Below, one piece after another: positions 38,523 to 48,779 of a stretch of 64,000 nt of DNA. Each line of letters starts with the position of its first letter. The stretch's first letter is position 1. The stretch spans positions 1,632,001 to 1,696,000 of the forward strand of contig OY760175.1 of the NCBI GenBank assembly GCA_963663165.1, written 5' to 3'. This stretch comes from an uncultured Desulfospira sp. (lineage in GTDB: Bacteria; Desulfobacterota; Desulfobacteria; Desulfobacterales; Desulfobacteraceae). A program made the translations under genes and the position numbers. The notes beneath the pieces are model-generated. The model ran no database searches, was not told where the DNA came from, and saw only the letters and a program-made list of their open reading frames with translations.

Positions 38523-40502
38523 TTGAAACTTTACTCCCTTACCGCCAAACTGCTTTTTTTAATTGCCTGCACCTTTATCATCACTACTGCGGCGATCCTG
38601 ATTCTGGCGGATATGGAACTGACAAGGATCATTGACGCCGGGCAAAAGGCCATTAATCAACATCGGATAACGGTCATTGCCGGGTATCTGGAGGTCACCT
38701 ACAATAAACTGTTAAAGACAGGCCTGGTGGACGCCTACGAAGCAGAGTACAAAGCACTGGCCATAGAAAACCTTCACAAATACGTCAAAGTATCGGAAAA
38801 AGACGCCATGGAAGTGTTTATCCTGGACGCCGACGGAAAAAATATTTTCAACCACCGGCTGCCCCAGGGGGAAATCGCGCCCATTGTGGCCCAGTCCAAA
38901 GGCCGGCTCATGGAAGAAAGCCACGGAGATTTTGATTACACGGCCCACGGGGAACCGCGCTGGTGTATTTTCAAACAATTTGACCCCTGGCACTGGACCA
39001 TCGGGTACACCATGCCCCTTGACCTTAAATACGCCAGCGTCAAAACCTTTTCAAAATTTTTGTTTTTCATCATGGCCGGCATCGGCCTGGCCGCTATTTT
39101 GCTTCTCTCCTTTGTAGTGGCCCGGTTCACCCGGCCCATTACCCGGTTAACCCATATTTCAATGCAAATGGCCCAGGGCGATCTGAACCAGGAAATCAAA
39201 ATCAGCAGCCGGGATGAAATCGGGGTCCTGGCCCGGTCTTTTGAGGCCATGCGCGATGCCATTGCCAGGGACATCACCCAAAGAAAAGCACATGAACTGG
39301 AATTAAAGCGCCTTCGCAATTATTTGTCCAATATCATTGATTCCATGCCCTCAATTCTCATCGGCGTGGACAAGGACGGCATGGTCACCCAGTGGAACAA
39401 AACCGCCGAAAAGACCACAGGCATAGACGAGACATCCGCTATCGGCTGTTCCCTGGCCGATGTATTTCCCAAAATGGCCGATGAAATCAGCCAGATCAAT
39501 GACAGCATCCGGTCAGGCCAGCCCAGTCAGAAAAGAAAACTGATCAGCCACCCCGAGAAAGGGACCCTTTATCAGGATATGACCATTTACCCGCTTATTG
39601 CCGACGGCGTGGAAGGCGCTGTGATCCGGGTGGATGACGTCACGGAAAAGGTCAGGCTCGAAGAGATGATGGTCCAGTCTGAAAAAATGCTTTCCGTGGG
39701 GGGGCTGGCTGCGGGCATGGCCCATGAAATCAACAATCCCCTGGCCGGCATGCTCCAGACGGCCAATGTTCTGGAAAGGCGCCTTTCCTGCAGCGAGACC
39801 CTGCCCGCTAATATCCGGGCCGCTGAAAAAAACGGGATCAGCCTGGAAAGCCTGAATGGCTACATGAATGACCGGGGCATCCCCAAAATGCTTTATGCCA
39901 TCAAGGAATCCGGCGTCAGAATGGCCGGGATTGTCCAGAACATGCTCAGTTTTTCCAGGAAAAGCGATGCTCAAATTTGCCTTTGCGCCCTTGACGAGGT
40001 CATGGATAAAACCCTGGAACTGGCTGCCACAGATTATGATATGAAAAAAGAGCATGATTTTAAGCTCATCCACATCATAAAAGAATATGAACCCGTGCCA
40101 AAGGTTCCCTGTGAGCAGGGCAAGATCCAGCAGGTGCTGCTCAATATTTTAAGAAACGGGGCCCAGGCCATGCAGGAAGCAGGCATTGCCGCACCGAGCT
40201 TTACCTTGAGAATATACCTTCAACCCATTTTAAACCTGGTCTGCATGGAAATTGAAGACAACGGGCCGGGCATGGACGAAAAGACCCGCAAGCGGATATT
40301 TGAACCTTTTTTTACGACCAAGCCCGTTGGCATCGGCACCGGCCTTGGCTTGAGCGTGTCTTATTTTATCATCAAAGAAACCCATAAAGGCGACATATGG
40401 GCGCAGTCCCATCCCGGAAAGGGGACCAAATTTTATATCTGCCTTCCGGTAAAGACGGACATAGGGAGACCGGAGATAGGAGACCGGGGGCCGGAAGCCT
40501 AA
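38523..40502 (+). CDS. HAMP-PAS histidine kinase
   Basis: AHEINNPL, DNGPG, FFTTK, GTGLGL. Confidence 0.95.
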   Translation: MKLYSLTAKLLFLIACTFIITTAAILILADMELTRIIDAGQKAINQHRITVIAGYLEVTYNKLLKTGLVDAYEAEYKALAIENLHKYVKVSEKDAMEVFILDADGKNIFNHRLPQGEIAPIVAQSKGRLMEESHGDFDYTAHGEPRWCIFKQFDPWHWTIGYTMPLDLKYASVKTFSKFLFFIMAGIGLAAILLLSFVVARFTRPITRLTHISMQMAQGDLNQEIKISSRDEIGVLARSFEAMRDAIARDITQRKAHELELKRLRNYLSNIIDSMPSILIGVDKDGMVTQWNKTAEKTTGIDETSAIGCSLADVFPKMADEISQINDSIRSGQPSQKRKLISHPEKGTLYQDMTIYPLIADGVEGAVIRVDDVTEKVRLEEMMVQSEKMLSVGGLAAGMAHEINNPLAGMLQTANVLERRLSCSETLPANIRAAEKNGISLESLNGYMNDRGIPKMLYAIKESGVRMAGIVQNMLSFSRKSDAQICLCALDEVMDKTLELAATDYDMKKEHDFKLIHIIKEYEPVPKVPCEQGKIQQVLLNILRNGAQAMQEAGIAAPSFTLRIYLQPILNLVCMEIEDNGPGMDEKTRKRIFEPFFTTKPVGIGTGLGLSVSYFIIKETHKGDIWAQSHPGKGTKFYICLPVKTDIGRPEIGDRGPEA

Positions 40503-43027
40503 CCCTTCCCCGGATCATCCGGCCACGCATGTTTGGGATACCGTCCCATCAGGTCTTTTTTAACCTCTTTATAGGTGTTGGCCCAAAAATTTTCCAGATC
40601 CCTGGTGATTTGGACGGGCCTGCCTGCCGGAGACAGCAGCTGGATGGTCAGGGGTATCCCGCAAACCTCCGGGGTCCGGGCAAGCCCGAACATCTGCTGG
40701 ACCCGGGCCGCCAAAACCGGCGCGTCCAGAACCCGGCCGGCGTCTGAATAGCTTAAGGCAATTTTAGCCCCGGACGGAACCTGAATATGGGTGGGGGCAT
40801 TTTTCTCAATAAACTGCCGGTCCTTAAAACTGATCAGGGCCGTGAGGGCCGAAAAAAGATCGACCTTCTTTAATCCGGCGGCTGACCGGATCCCGTCAAG
40901 AAAGGGGGCAAGCCAGATTTCAAGGCCCCGCGCAAGCCCGGAATCAGACAGGTCCGGCAACTGGGTTTGCCCTGCCTTTTCCCGTAAAAAAACAACCCGC
41001 CAGCGAAAACTCTCCGCTTTTTTTGTCCAGGCCAGACGGTTTATCCCCATCAACCGGACCCCCTTGATCAGTGCGGCGGTTACCTTCCCGGGATCAGCCC
41101 CTTCCATGGGCGCCTCTTTTAAAACAAGGTGTTGATAACAGGTCCGGCGAACCGCCCGGACCATTAACCGGTCCTGGTCCCATGTCACATCTTCGATAGT
41201 GGTAAGGGCGTCTTTAAAATCGGACATCAGGTCCGCCAGGGCATAGGGTGCCCCAAGGAAAATGGCGGCGTTCCGGGGATTGCCGTCCACCTGGGCGGCC
41301 ACGATCAGCTCATATTCCGATATGCTGTTGACGCTTTTAAAACAGGCCCCGCCCCCCGAGGCCATGACATAGGAAAGGGGCTGCCGTTTCTGGGCCACCC
41401 GGTCGGGATAGGCAAAGGCCAGCAAAGCCCCGGCCTGGTTGATATCCGGTTTCCCGGAATTGATTTTCATTTTTTTTTGAAGAAACCCGGCGGTTTTCAA
41501 AACATTCCGGGCAGGCCCCATTTTCACATCTTTGCCGGCCATTTTGTCAGGGTTTTGCTGAATTTTTTCAAGAACTTCCAGGCGCAGCCGGATATCCGGA
41601 TCAGCCATGTTCCCATAAAAATCCATTATATCAGAAGATTCCAAAAGGGCCGCCAGCCAACAGGCCAGATCGCCAATGCCCCTTTCCTCAGCCTTTAAAA
41701 TCATCCGGGCAAGCCGGGGATGGACACCGGACCGGGCCATTTTTCGGCCATGGTCCGTGATCCTCCCTGTCCGATCCAGGGCGCCCAGGCTTTCCAGCAG
41801 TTCCCGGGCCTGGCTCACGCCGGCGTCAGGGGGCGGGTCCAGCCATTTTAACTCATTTGGATCTGTCACCCCCCAAAGGGCCAGTTCCAGAACAAGGGGG
41901 GCCAGGTCTTCACTCAGGATTTCAGGCCGGGTATAGGGAACCAGCCCCTTGTGGACATGGGCAGACCAGATCCGGTAACAGGTCCCGGAATCGGTCCGTC
42001 CGGCCCGGCCCCGGCGCTGATCAGCCGAGGCCTTTGACACCGGAACGGTTTCAAGGCGGCTCATGCCGGTTCCCGGAAAAAACCTTGGCAGGCGCATCAG
42101 CCCCGCATCCACCACCACCCGGATGCCCTCAATGGTCAACGAAGTTTCGGCCAGGGAGGTGGACAGAACCACTTTCCGTTTTCCCGGTTCAGGCAAGGAT
42201 ATGGCCCGGGTCTGCGCTTTAAGGGAAAGGGCACCGTAAAGGGGAAGAATAAGGGTATCCGCCTTAGCCCGGGAACAAAGAACCCTTTGCACCTGACGAA
42301 TTTCAGACTGTCCGGGAAGGAATACCAGAATATCCCCGGGATCATTGTCAAGGGCGGTCTCCACCGCTTTTATACAGCCGTCCAGAATATGGGAAAAGGG
42401 CCCGTAGAACCCGAAAAAGGACGGCCCGCCCTGAACGGGCCTGGGCAGAACATGGGCGGTGGCCACCGGGAATACCTTTCCGGTGGACTGAATCACCGGG
42501 GCATTGTCCATAAGGCCGGAGACCGCCCCCACATCCATGGTGGCGGACATGACCAGAATTCTTAAATCCGGCCTGAAAACCGCAGAGGCTTCAAGGCTTA
42601 AGGCCAGCCCCAGGTCCGAATGGATATGGCGCTCGTGAAACTCATCAAAAATAACCAGACCGGTTCCCTCAAGAGAAGGGTCTGACTGAATCATCCGGGT
42701 TAAAATCCCCTCGGTAATGATCAATATCCGGGTGGACGGAGCGGATTTGTTTTCCATCCGGATCCGGTATCCCACGGTCTTTCCCACGCTCTCGTTGAGC
42801 ATTTCTGCCATGTAGTGGGCGCAGGACCGGGCCGCAAGCCTTCTGGGTTCGAGCATCAGGATCTGCTGGTCCCCAAGCCAGGGTTCCCGGCAAAGGGCCA
42901 AAGGCACCCGGGTGGTTTTGCCGGCCCCGGGCTGGGCCTGAAGCACGGCTCTTTTCCGGTCTGAAAGTGCGGCCTTGACATCCGGGATGACCTGATCAAC
43001 CGGCAGGATGGGGCTGGGTTTAATAAT
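40499..43027 (-). CDS. hrpB: ATP-dependent helicase HrpB
   Basis: PGAGKTT, DEFH, SAT, QRRGRAGR, GRYPKH.WP. Frame extends 27 codons upstream of the ORF-track GTG to an ATT behind GAGGT. Confidence 0.9.
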   Translation of the reverse strand: MIKPSPILPVDQVIPDVKAALSDRKRAVLQAQPGAGKTTRVPLALCREPWLGDQQILMLEPRRLAARSCAHYMAEMLNESVGKTVGYRIRMENKSAPSTRILIITEGILTRMIQSDPSLEGTGLVIFDEFHERHIHSDLGLALSLEASAVFRPDLRILVMSATMDVGAVSGLMDNAPVIQSTGKVFPVATAHVLPRPVQGGPSFFGFYGPFSHILDGCIKAVETALDNDPGDILVFLPGQSEIRQVQRVLCSRAKADTLILPLYGALSLKAQTRAISLPEPGKRKVVLSTSLAETSLTIEGIRVVVDAGLMRLPRFFPGTGMSRLETVPVSKASADQRRGRAGRTDSGTCYRIWSAHVHKGLVPYTRPEILSEDLAPLVLELALWGVTDPNELKWLDPPPDAGVSQARELLESLGALDRTGRITDHGRKMARSGVHPRLARMILKAEERGIGDLACWLAALLESSDIMDFYGNMADPDIRLRLEVLEKIQQNPDKMAGKDVKMGPARNVLKTAGFLQKKMKINSGKPDINQAGALLAFAYPDRVAQKRQPLSYVMASGGGACFKSVNSISEYELIVAAQVDGNPRNAAIFLGAPYALADLMSDFKDALTTIEDVTWDQDRLMVRAVRRTCYQHLVLKEAPMEGADPGKVTAALIKGVRLMGINRLAWTKKAESFRWRVVFLREKAGQTQLPDLSDSGLARGLEIWLAPFLDGIRSAAGLKKVDLFSALTALISFKDRQFIEKNAPTHIQVPSGAKIALSYSDAGRVLDAPVLAARVQQMFGLARTPEVCGIPLTIQLLSPAGRPVQITRDLENFWANTYKEVKKDLMGRYPKHAWPDDPGKG

Positions 43028-43206
43028 AGTGATACCTCTCTATTAGGGATTTAGGCTGAAAGGGGTTAGGCTGAAGGATATTGCCTTCCACCTTCAGTCT
43101 TCAGTCTAATTAGCTAACCGTATTCATATATCGACTAAGGAAAAATTGGTAAAGGACAAATTAACCGGGAAATTGCATGTAAAAATAAGTTAGATCTCCA
43201 ATCAAA

Positions 43207-43550
43207 GGGACTTGGGATATGGGACCTGGGACTTGGGGATTGCAGCGCCCGTGGCCTCCCCAAATCCCAAGCCGGTAGTTAGCATGGCCCCGTTTAATTT
43301 ACCCTTCACAAACAACATGTTATATGGACAATGGTGGGCAACGCTTTAAAAAAACTCTCGCAACGGCGCAAAGCTTAACTTCCCTTGGGCAATAGTATTC
43401 TTTACGCCTTAGCGCCTTTGGGTGAGAATATAAAAAAAGAGGGCGAAGCCCTCAATTTTAGGATGACAGAGCAAGGAGAAAAGCATTCCATACATTGGGA
43501 ACCTCTTGCTACCCCATATCCCAAGTCCCAAGTCTCAATTCTATACATTA
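43207..43550. repeat. Heptamer palindromic repeat, copy 3, split by ~240 bp
   Basis: Left part 43207-43271; right part 43513-43550 ending in the shared tatacatta. Confidence 0.75.
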
Positions 43551-43649
43551 TTATCCATCCTCATATTTCCAACAGATGACAGATGATGCCCCTGGACAAA
43601 TTAGCCTATTGTCCTGACGGGTATTTTAAGATACAACCGTTATAAACCG

Positions 43650-44129
43650 ATGGGACGCAAATATATGGGACCGGAACCAAAACAAATCATTGTGCCAAAA
43701 GAGAATGCGGTTTTCTGGCTGGACAAAAACGGGGTCTGGCACAATGAGCATGGCCGGCTTGAACACCCTAAAATCATCCGGTACTTTCATAAGTCCATTC
43801 AAAAGGACGAAAACGGATACCATTTATGCCAGACCCGGGACGGTTTTCTGGAAAAGGTCTATTTCCCCCATGAAGAAACGGCCCTGTTCGTTTTTGACCT
43901 GAAAAAAAAAGAAACCGGCCTTGTCCTGATCCTGAACACCGGCAACACCCTGGACATGGATCCGGAACAGCTCTTTTCAAGAAACGACCAGCTTTATCTG
44001 AAAACGCCGGAACACTTAATCAAATTCGCCCCGGATGCCCTGGTTAAGCTGTCCCGCTTCATGGGCGACGATGAAGACCGGCTCACCCTCTGCCTTGACG
44101 AAAACACATTTATCATTCCCGAAGAATAG
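43650..44129 (+). CDS. Hypothetical protein (DUF1285-like)
   Basis: LDKNGVWHNEH..EHPKI..YF pattern. Confidence 0.7.
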   Translation: MGRKYMGPEPKQIIVPKENAVFWLDKNGVWHNEHGRLEHPKIIRYFHKSIQKDENGYHLCQTRDGFLEKVYFPHEETALFVFDLKKKETGLVLILNTGNTLDMDPEQLFSRNDQLYLKTPEHLIKFAPDALVKLSRFMGDDEDRLTLCLDENTFIIPEE

Positions 44130-44440
44130 TTTGGTGCTATTGGCTTTCAACTCGCACCTGCCGCCATGACCGCTTAACCCCATGGACTAAAAGCCCTCAA
44201 CAAGCCATACAAGATCGCGAAACATGCAGCCCTAAAAGTCTTCAGCCTATACCCCCTCCACCTTTCAAATAAAATTGAGTTGCCCTGAAAACCAAACCTC
44301 AGTATAGTAAATCCATTACCACTAACATCCCCTTTGAAAATTTTCTTTCACCGGGCCGGTGGACACCGCATCCTGGATCCTGAAAAAAACCTGAGCGAAA
44401 CGCTCATGGGGTTTTACATTGTAACAAGGACCGATAATTT

Positions 44441-45775
44441 ATGGCGAAAATCCCTTCTTCCCTCTCATCTGATCCCGTCTTTAATGAGGCGGTTAGCGTA
44501 CTGCAAGGCAAGTCTGATGTTCTGGACAATATCATGAGTTCCATGGGGGACGGCCTGAGCATTCAGGACCGGAATATGCGCATTGTTTACCAGAACAAAT
44601 TCATGGTGGACGCCTTTGGATCCCATATCGGGGCGTATTGTTACAACGTATACGAAAACCGTGACACCCTGTGTGAAAACTGCCCGGTTGTTGAGGCATA
44701 TGAAACTGAAAATACCGTCAAAGCGTTGCGCATCGCCACCACTAAAGAAAAAGAGCGTTTCCGTTTTGAAAACATCGCCTCGGTGCTTCGCAACAGCAAG
44801 GGCAAAATTGTCGCCGGAATAGAACCGGTCCGGATTGTCGAAGAGCGGGAGCGGGCTTTGGAAGAGCTTCGGGCGGCCATGGAAAAACTATCTTTGGCCA
44901 AAGCCGTTTATGAAAGCAGTTCCGAAGGCATTATGGTGATGGACCAGGATGACCGCATCATCTCCATCAATCCGGCCTTTGAACGGATTACCGGCTACAG
45001 CCATGATGAGGTGGTCGGAATCGACCCGGGCATTCTTCGTTCCGGCCGCCACTCCCAAGCGTTTTACAATGAAATCAAACGATCCTTGGACGAAATCGAT
45101 ACCTGGCAGGGAGACCTGTGGAACAAACGCAAAGACGGCCAGATATACGCCCAGTTTATGCGGATCGACACGGTTCGAAGCGATGACGGAACCGTCACCA
45201 AGCGGGTCTGTATTTTTTCCGACACCACAGAAAAAAAGCTGGAAGAAGAACAGATCAAGTATATGGCACTGCACGACGCCCTCACCGACCTGCCCAACCG
45301 GACCCTTTTCACGGACCGGCTACACCAGGCACTCACCGTGGCCCAGCGCAACAAAGCCAGTGCGGCACTGCTTTACATCGACCTTGACGAGTTCAAGCCC
45401 GTTAACGACCGTTACGGCCATAAGATGGGAGACCTGCTGCTCAAAGCCGTCGCCCAGCGGCTGACAAAATCATTGAGAAAATCAGAAACCATTTCCCGGC
45501 TGGGGGGGGATGAATTTGCCGTGCTTTTACCGGAAATTGCCTTCCCCAAAGATGCCCTGATCGTAGCGGAAAAAATTCGCAGCCAGCTTGAAGACCCTTT
45601 TATCATCAACGGCAAAGAACTTAAGATCTCCTCCAGCATCGGCTGTGCTGTTTACCCCGATGACGGACAGGATGACATCACCCTTACCCAGAACGCAGAC
45701 CAGGCCATGTACAAGGCAAAGCAAAACGGCCGCAACCGGGTCTATTCCGCCGCAGGAGAACCCCACGCCAATTAA
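44441..45775 (+). CDS. PAS-PAS-GGDEF diguanylate cyclase
   Basis: Cys-containing PAS (CY..C..CP), second PAS, HDALT, GGDEF. Confidence 0.95.
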   Translation: MAKIPSSLSSDPVFNEAVSVLQGKSDVLDNIMSSMGDGLSIQDRNMRIVYQNKFMVDAFGSHIGAYCYNVYENRDTLCENCPVVEAYETENTVKALRIATTKEKERFRFENIASVLRNSKGKIVAGIEPVRIVEERERALEELRAAMEKLSLAKAVYESSSEGIMVMDQDDRIISINPAFERITGYSHDEVVGIDPGILRSGRHSQAFYNEIKRSLDEIDTWQGDLWNKRKDGQIYAQFMRIDTVRSDDGTVTKRVCIFSDTTEKKLEEEQIKYMALHDALTDLPNRTLFTDRLHQALTVAQRNKASAALLYIDLDEFKPVNDRYGHKMGDLLLKAVAQRLTKSLRKSETISRLGGDEFAVLLPEIAFPKDALIVAEKIRSQLEDPFIINGKELKISSSIGCAVYPDDGQDDITLTQNADQAMYKAKQNGRNRVYSAAGEPHAN

Positions 45776-45847
45776 CGGCAGGATAAGGCCACCGGCAATA
45801 ATGTAGAAAAGGTAATTAGGCCGAAGTGGGTTAAGCTTCCATAACAC

Positions 45848-47587
45848 TTAAACCGAACCGCCCTTGGATAATTTGTTGATATTCTCCCTGGCAAAATCAA
45901 TGGAAGGATCAATTTCAAGGGCGGTTTCATAGTATTTTATCGCCGTTTCCACGACCCCAAGCTCCCGGTAGCAGGACCCGATATTGGCGTAGTTGATGGC
46001 AAGGGACGGGTCGATTTTGATGGCTTTTTCAAAGGCGATAACGGCCTTGTCAAAGGTTTTGGACATGAAATGACAGGCCCCCACGGTGTTGAACAGGTCC
46101 GGGCGCTGGGGATCCACGGCAAGGCCCTTTTCGCACACCTTGACAGCCCTTTCATACTGGCCAAGGTCCTTGAGGCAGGCCCCGGTATGGGAGCAGATAT
46201 CCGGCAGGTTCAAGGGTTCGGGGTCCCGGTCCAGGGAGGTCTCAAATTCCGCTAAGGCCGCTTCCTGGTCATACAGGGCATTGTGCATCAGCCCCTTGTA
46301 AAAGCTGGTATAATACCGGCCCGGGAGCGCGGTTTCAAGGTCATCAAGCCTTGCCAATGCCTGGACCGGGTCCAGGGTTTCGGTGATCAGGCGGCAAAGA
46401 AACATGCCCACACTGGCCCTGGCAGCCCGCTCCCTGAAATGGGCCCCGGGGATGATGTTGTACAGGGCCGGCACCTGAAGGTCTTTGTGGGTGGTGTTCA
46501 CGGACAGGACCCGAAACCCCTTTTTTTCAAGGGTGGCGATCAGATTTTCCGCCTCAACCCGGATGTTGTCGGCGGACAGGTCCGGCAGGTCTGAAGCATT
46601 GACCATGGCGGAAGGGCCGGTGATGAAACCGGCATCCTCTATGCGGGTAAACTTGGGCAGGCCTGAGGCCACGTAATTGGAACCGGTGTTAAAGTCACCG
46701 GCCAGCTGGGCGGTTTCCGACAACGCCCGGCTCATGGCCTTTTCAGGATCAGGGGCCGTGCCCGCAGTCCAGACAATCTCGCTGGTTTCAGGGAAAGTGG
46801 ACGGATCCCAGGCCAGAACCCCCACCGTTGAAATCCCCGTATCCAGGGAAAAATCACTGGCATACACCTTGATTCCCTGGCGCTCATACTTTTGGAGCAT
46901 CTCCTTGACCAGGGGATCGGTAAAAGAAGAGAGCCGGATCCCCGGGACATCAAGCTTCCCATGGCTGATGATGGACGAGACATGCCGCTCCACAATCTCA
47001 CAGACGCCCTGGATCAATGCCTCTTCAATGCAGTTTCCGGCCGAGGGACCGTTGAATTCGTTGATCATGTAAAACCAGTCAAAGGGAATCAGGACCTCCT
47101 GCCGGGTGGTCATATTGTACCCCCGGGTCCACTTGAGGGGAAGTTTATCAAAGATGGGTTTTACCGCAAGGGCATCTGCTTCGTTGTCATGGACGGATTG
47201 AATGATCCGGTCATAGCCTAAGGCCTTGTCGCCGACTTCGGCATAAGGGGCATAAAAAAAATTATCCTCATTGTCGGCAAAGGAAAAAAAGCTGAACCGT
47301 TCGGCCAGCTCCATAACCGCACTGGCCTCGGATTGTTCCGGGGTGCCGCCCTTTCCCATCTGCTTGTTGGTCCGGGTAATCCGCCGGGCATCTTCCCCGC
47401 ACTCGCTGAAAAAAACCGGGATGCCCAGCCGTCCGTTATCAATGCGCCGGGTCCCTTTCAAAATATCCAGATCCATTTTTTCCAGCCGCTGTTTAAACCG
47501 CTTTACGGTTTCTTCAGGGGAAATCAGTTTATCCTGGTCATAGGTATACCCTTTGCCGGCATCTTTGAGTTCAATTTTGTACGCCAT
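45848..47587 (-). CDS. YcaO-like protein with C-terminal TPRs
   Basis: GKG..Q..ASA.ME.AER, NG.SAGN..EEA..Q..EI.ERH; TPR tail. Confidence 0.9.
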   Translation of the reverse strand: MAYKIELKDAGKGYTYDQDKLISPEETVKRFKQRLEKMDLDILKGTRRIDNGRLGIPVFFSECGEDARRITRTNKQMGKGGTPEQSEASAVMELAERFSFFSFADNEDNFFYAPYAEVGDKALGYDRIIQSVHDNEADALAVKPIFDKLPLKWTRGYNMTTRQEVLIPFDWFYMINEFNGPSAGNCIEEALIQGVCEIVERHVSSIISHGKLDVPGIRLSSFTDPLVKEMLQKYERQGIKVYASDFSLDTGISTVGVLAWDPSTFPETSEIVWTAGTAPDPEKAMSRALSETAQLAGDFNTGSNYVASGLPKFTRIEDAGFITGPSAMVNASDLPDLSADNIRVEAENLIATLEKKGFRVLSVNTTHKDLQVPALYNIIPGAHFRERAARASVGMFLCRLITETLDPVQALARLDDLETALPGRYYTSFYKGLMHNALYDQEAALAEFETSLDRDPEPLNLPDICSHTGACLKDLGQYERAVKVCEKGLAVDPQRPDLFNTVGACHFMSKTFDKAVIAFEKAIKIDPSLAINYANIGSCYRELGVVETAIKYYETALEIDPSIDFARENINKLSKGGSV

Positions 47588-47755
47588 TCTGGTTCGCTCT
47601 GCTCAGTTAACGGTTATGCCCTTTGGTTCAGTTATTTTCCAGGGCCGTATGCCAACATCATATACCACTTTTGCGGTTACTTGGAAACCTGCCCGTTCAC
47701 CCCGGCACCAACATAACGGTTGACGTTATTATCGGATTGCGTTATCAATTTACCC

Positions 47756-48037
47756 ATGATAAAATCTTTTCAAGATAAAGAAACGGAAAAGATATTCAAC
47801 CGGCAGATTTCAAAAAAACTGCCCCAGGATACCCAGCGTGTGGCACGCAAAAAATTGCTTATTCTTGATGCTGCGGTGCAATTAAATGATCTGCAAATAC
47901 CACCGGGCAATCGACTGGAAGCCTTGAAAGGAAATCGGAAAGGGCATCACAGCATACGAATCAATGACCAATGGCGGCTTTGTTTTAAATGGCAGGATGG
48001 AAATGCACATAACGCTGAAATAGCAGATTATCATTAG
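47756..48037 (+). CDS. higB: HigB family toxin
   Basis: MIKSF, PPGNRLEALKG, SIRINDQWR, DYH end. Confidence 0.92.
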   Translation: MIKSFQDKETEKIFNRQISKKLPQDTQRVARKKLLILDAAVQLNDLQIPPGNRLEALKGNRKGHHSIRINDQWRLCFKWQDGNAHNAEIADYH

Positions 48038-48045
48038 GAGGATAT

Positions 48046-48351
48046 ATGAACCAAAAACTTGCCCCCATCCATCCCGGTGAAATTCTGATGGAAGAATTTT
48101 TAGAGCCCATGGGAATCAGCCAGTATCGGCTGGCCAAAGATATAAGCGTTCCCCCAAGGCGTATCAATGAAATTGTCCATGGAAAAAGATCCATTACCGC
48201 AGATACCGCGCTCAGACTCGGGCGTTTTTTTGGGATGTCGGCTCAATTCTGGCTGAATCTCCAGATAAGATACGACCTTGAAACAACTGAAAACGCTTTA
48301 GCACATAGACTTGATACTGAAGTTCAAGCGCTTCATGCCCAGGCGGGCTGA
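48046..48351 (+). CDS. higA: HigA family antitoxin
   Basis: HPGEIL, RINEI, ITADTALRL, FWLNLQ. Confidence 0.95.
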   Translation: MNQKLAPIHPGEILMEEFLEPMGISQYRLAKDISVPPRRINEIVHGKRSITADTALRLGRFFGMSAQFWLNLQIRYDLETTENALAHRLDTEVQALHAQAG

Positions 48352-48570
48352 ACGTTAATCGGATTGACTCCCATCCAAAAACCTTTTTCATGAACCAGAC
48401 AAAACCGGTCCAAAGGACGGGACGGCTTGCCGCTACCGTCAGGCGTTGTTGTTCTGGCTCAACTGCATCCCCAAGCTGATTGATCAAGGGCAGCTGCATT
48501 TGGAATAATATGTTCGATCTTCAATTACGTTGAATTTTCAGCGTGCCGATTCAAACAGGGGTACCGTTCG

Positions 48571-48712
48571 AAATCGAAATCTAAATCGATATCGAAATCG
48601 GAAAATAAAGGTTACCGCATTATAAGTTTTATAGGCAGCGCCTGAAATGGTGATGGTGCCCGGATTGTGAGACACCGTCCACGTTTTGAACCGATTTCGA
48701 TTTCGATTGCGA
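48571..48712. repeat. Inverted hexamer (AATCGA/TCGATT) tandem arrays
   Basis: aaatcgaaatctaaatcgatatcgaaatcgg ... ccgatttcgatttcgattgcga. Confidence 0.65.
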
Positions 48713-48779
48713 CTGTCCAGTCGGAATATACATTTACCCAAAAGCTTTCTGCGGCCCTGCCGTTCTATACCCCCAAGTC

